Source of the DNA: Veillonellaceae bacterium
Lineage (GTDB): Bacteria > Bacillota > Negativicutes > JAAYSF01
DNA: 64,000 nucleotides
Direction of reading: 5' to 3'
NCBI GenBank assembly: GCA_012523975.1
Contig: JAAYSF010000050.1
Location: 21,497-85,496 of the forward strand
The position numbers and the translations under genes were made by a program. A model generated the notes under the pieces. It had not been told where the DNA came from, did not search any database, and worked only from the letters and a program-made list of their open reading frames with translations. Shown here in pieces: positions 62,878 through 64,000 of this stretch. The first letter of the stretch is position 1. Each line of letters starts with the position of its first letter.

Positions 62878-64000
62878 ATGGGAAGACTTTTTGGAACTGA
62901 TGGTGTACGCGGACTTGCAAATAAAGAATTAACTCCGGAATTAGCCTTTAGAATGGGCTGGGCGGCGACAACTTATTTCGGTGAGGAAACTCATTCCCAA
63001 CCCGTAATAATTATTGGCCGGGATACAAGAATTTCCGGTCAGATGTTGGAAGCAGCTTTAGCGGCCGGGATATGTTCAGCCGGTGGCAAGGCCATTTTGG
63101 CAGGTGTTGTACCGACTCCGGCAGTAGCTTATCTTACCCGTAAATATAAAGCCCAGGCTGGTGCCGTCATCTCGGCGTCGCATAATCCGTTTCCCGATAA
63201 CGGTATAAAATTTTTTGCCGGCACTGGTTATAAACTGCCGGACGCAGTTGAAGATAAATTAGAGGAACTTGTTTCAATAGCGGCGCAGGAACAAATGACG
63301 CGTCCGACCGGGGAGACGGTAGGAACTATTGAACATGCCCATCGTCTTATTCAGGACTATATCGAGTATGTCTTGGAAACCGTGGAACAGGATTTCAGCG
63401 GTCTTAAAATTGTTGTCGACTGTGCTAATGGTGCAGCCTGTGAAGCAGCACCGGTCTTACTCACTAGGCTTGGCGCCGAGGTAGTTGTCCTCAATGATCA
63501 GCCCAATGGAATAAACATTAACCGCGACTGCGGTTCAACTTATTTAAAACAATTGCAGCAAGCCGTTATCGAACATAGAGCCGACATCGGTATTGCTCAT
63601 GACGGTGATGCTGACCGCTGCCTGGCAGTTGATGAGAATGGCAAGGTAGTCGACGGCGACCAAATGATGGTTATCTGCGCGCTTGATCTTTTGAGAAATA
63701 GCCAGTTGGCCAAAAATACGCTTGTAGCTACCGTTATGAGCAATATCGGCCTTCACCAGGCCATTAAAAAAGCCGGCGGCAAGGTCGAAATCACCCCAGT
63801 CGGCGACCGTTATGTCCTTGAATCAATGTTAGAGCATGGCTATGTTTTAGGCGGCGAGCAATCCGGTCATATTATTTTCAGTCATTACAGCACTACAGGC
63901 GATGGTCTTATTACCGCGCTGCAATTGATTGCGGCAGTCAAAAAAAGTGGCAAGAAGCTGTCAGAACTGGCCGGCCTAATGACCATCTATCCGCAGCTGT
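62878..64000 (+). CDS. glmM: phosphoglucosamine mutase (3' end beyond the window)
   Basis: Translated by hand: MGRLFGTDGVRGLANKELTPEL...ISASHNPFPDNGIKFF (active-site Ser motif). ATG 62878 lies 8 nt after GAAGGGAG. It is open to the window end, so it is absent from the ORF track. Confidence 0.9.
   Translation, partial: MGRLFGTDGVRGLANKELTPELAFRMGWAATTYFGEETHSQPVIIIGRDTRISGQMLEAALAAGICSAGGKAILAGVVPTPAVAYLTRKYKAQAGAVISASHNPFPDNGIKFFAGTGYKLPDAVEDKLEELVSIAAQEQMTRPTGETVGTIEHAHRLIQDYIEYVLETVEQDFSGLKIVVDCANGAACEAAPVLLTRLGAEVVVLNDQPNGININRDCGSTYLKQLQQAVIEHRADIGIAHDGDADRCLAVDENGKVVDGDQMMVICALDLLRNSQLAKNTLVATVMSNIGLHQAIKKAGGKVEITPVGDRYVLESMLEHGYVLGGEQSGHIIFSHYSTTGDGLITALQLIAAVKKSGKKLSELAGLMTIYPQL

Overview
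This window holds the core transcription and translation super-locus of a spore-forming Firmicutes/Bacillota genome. The taxon call is an inference from sigH, cwlD, a YetF/DUF421 gene and B. subtilis-like synteny. All genes but one are on the + strand.

Gene order:
- rlmB, a VanW-like gene, yacP, sigH, pfkA, a DUF421 gene, uppP
- An array of 8 tRNA genes: Tyr, fMet, Thr, Tyr, fMet, Thr, Met, with tRNA-Trp lying later, after rpmG
- tuf copy 1, rpmG, tRNA-Trp, secE, nusG, rplK, rplA, rplJ, rplL, rpoB, rpoC, an L7Ae-like gene, rpsL, rpsG, fusA, tuf copy 2
- Complete S10, spc and alpha operons (rpsJ through rplQ, including secY, adk, map, infA and rpmJ)
- ecfA1, ecfA2, ecfT, truA, rplM, rpsI
- A secreted hypothetical protein, mtgA (minus strand), cwlD
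- A three-gene cluster encoding a LigB/Memo-like protein, an AMMECR1 protein and a radical SAM enzyme (AmmeMemoRadiSam)
- argC, argJ, argB, argD, argF, argG, argH, ilvE
- cdaA, cdaR and glmM (3' partial)

I saw no CRISPR array, transposase, integrase or phage genes.

The most interesting unexplained signal is a family of four co-oriented structured elements of about 105-180 nt. Three sit in tRNA spacers and one sits between rplK and rplA. All four share invariant (C/U)AGAUGCUAGGC and GCAGAUG boxes. A closing helix and a central hairpin are kept by compensatory substitutions. I cannot assign these elements to any RNA family I know.

Secondary points:
- Two diverged tuf paralogs, both carrying a Cys4 insertion
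- A terminator-bounded leader or sRNA unit between rplL and rpoB
- A repeat-built insertion in rpoC
- The functionally uncharacterised AmmeMemoRadiSam cluster
- Unusually long structured spacers between argD and argF and between cdaR and glmM

All coordinates and pairings were worked out by eye. No database search was possible.
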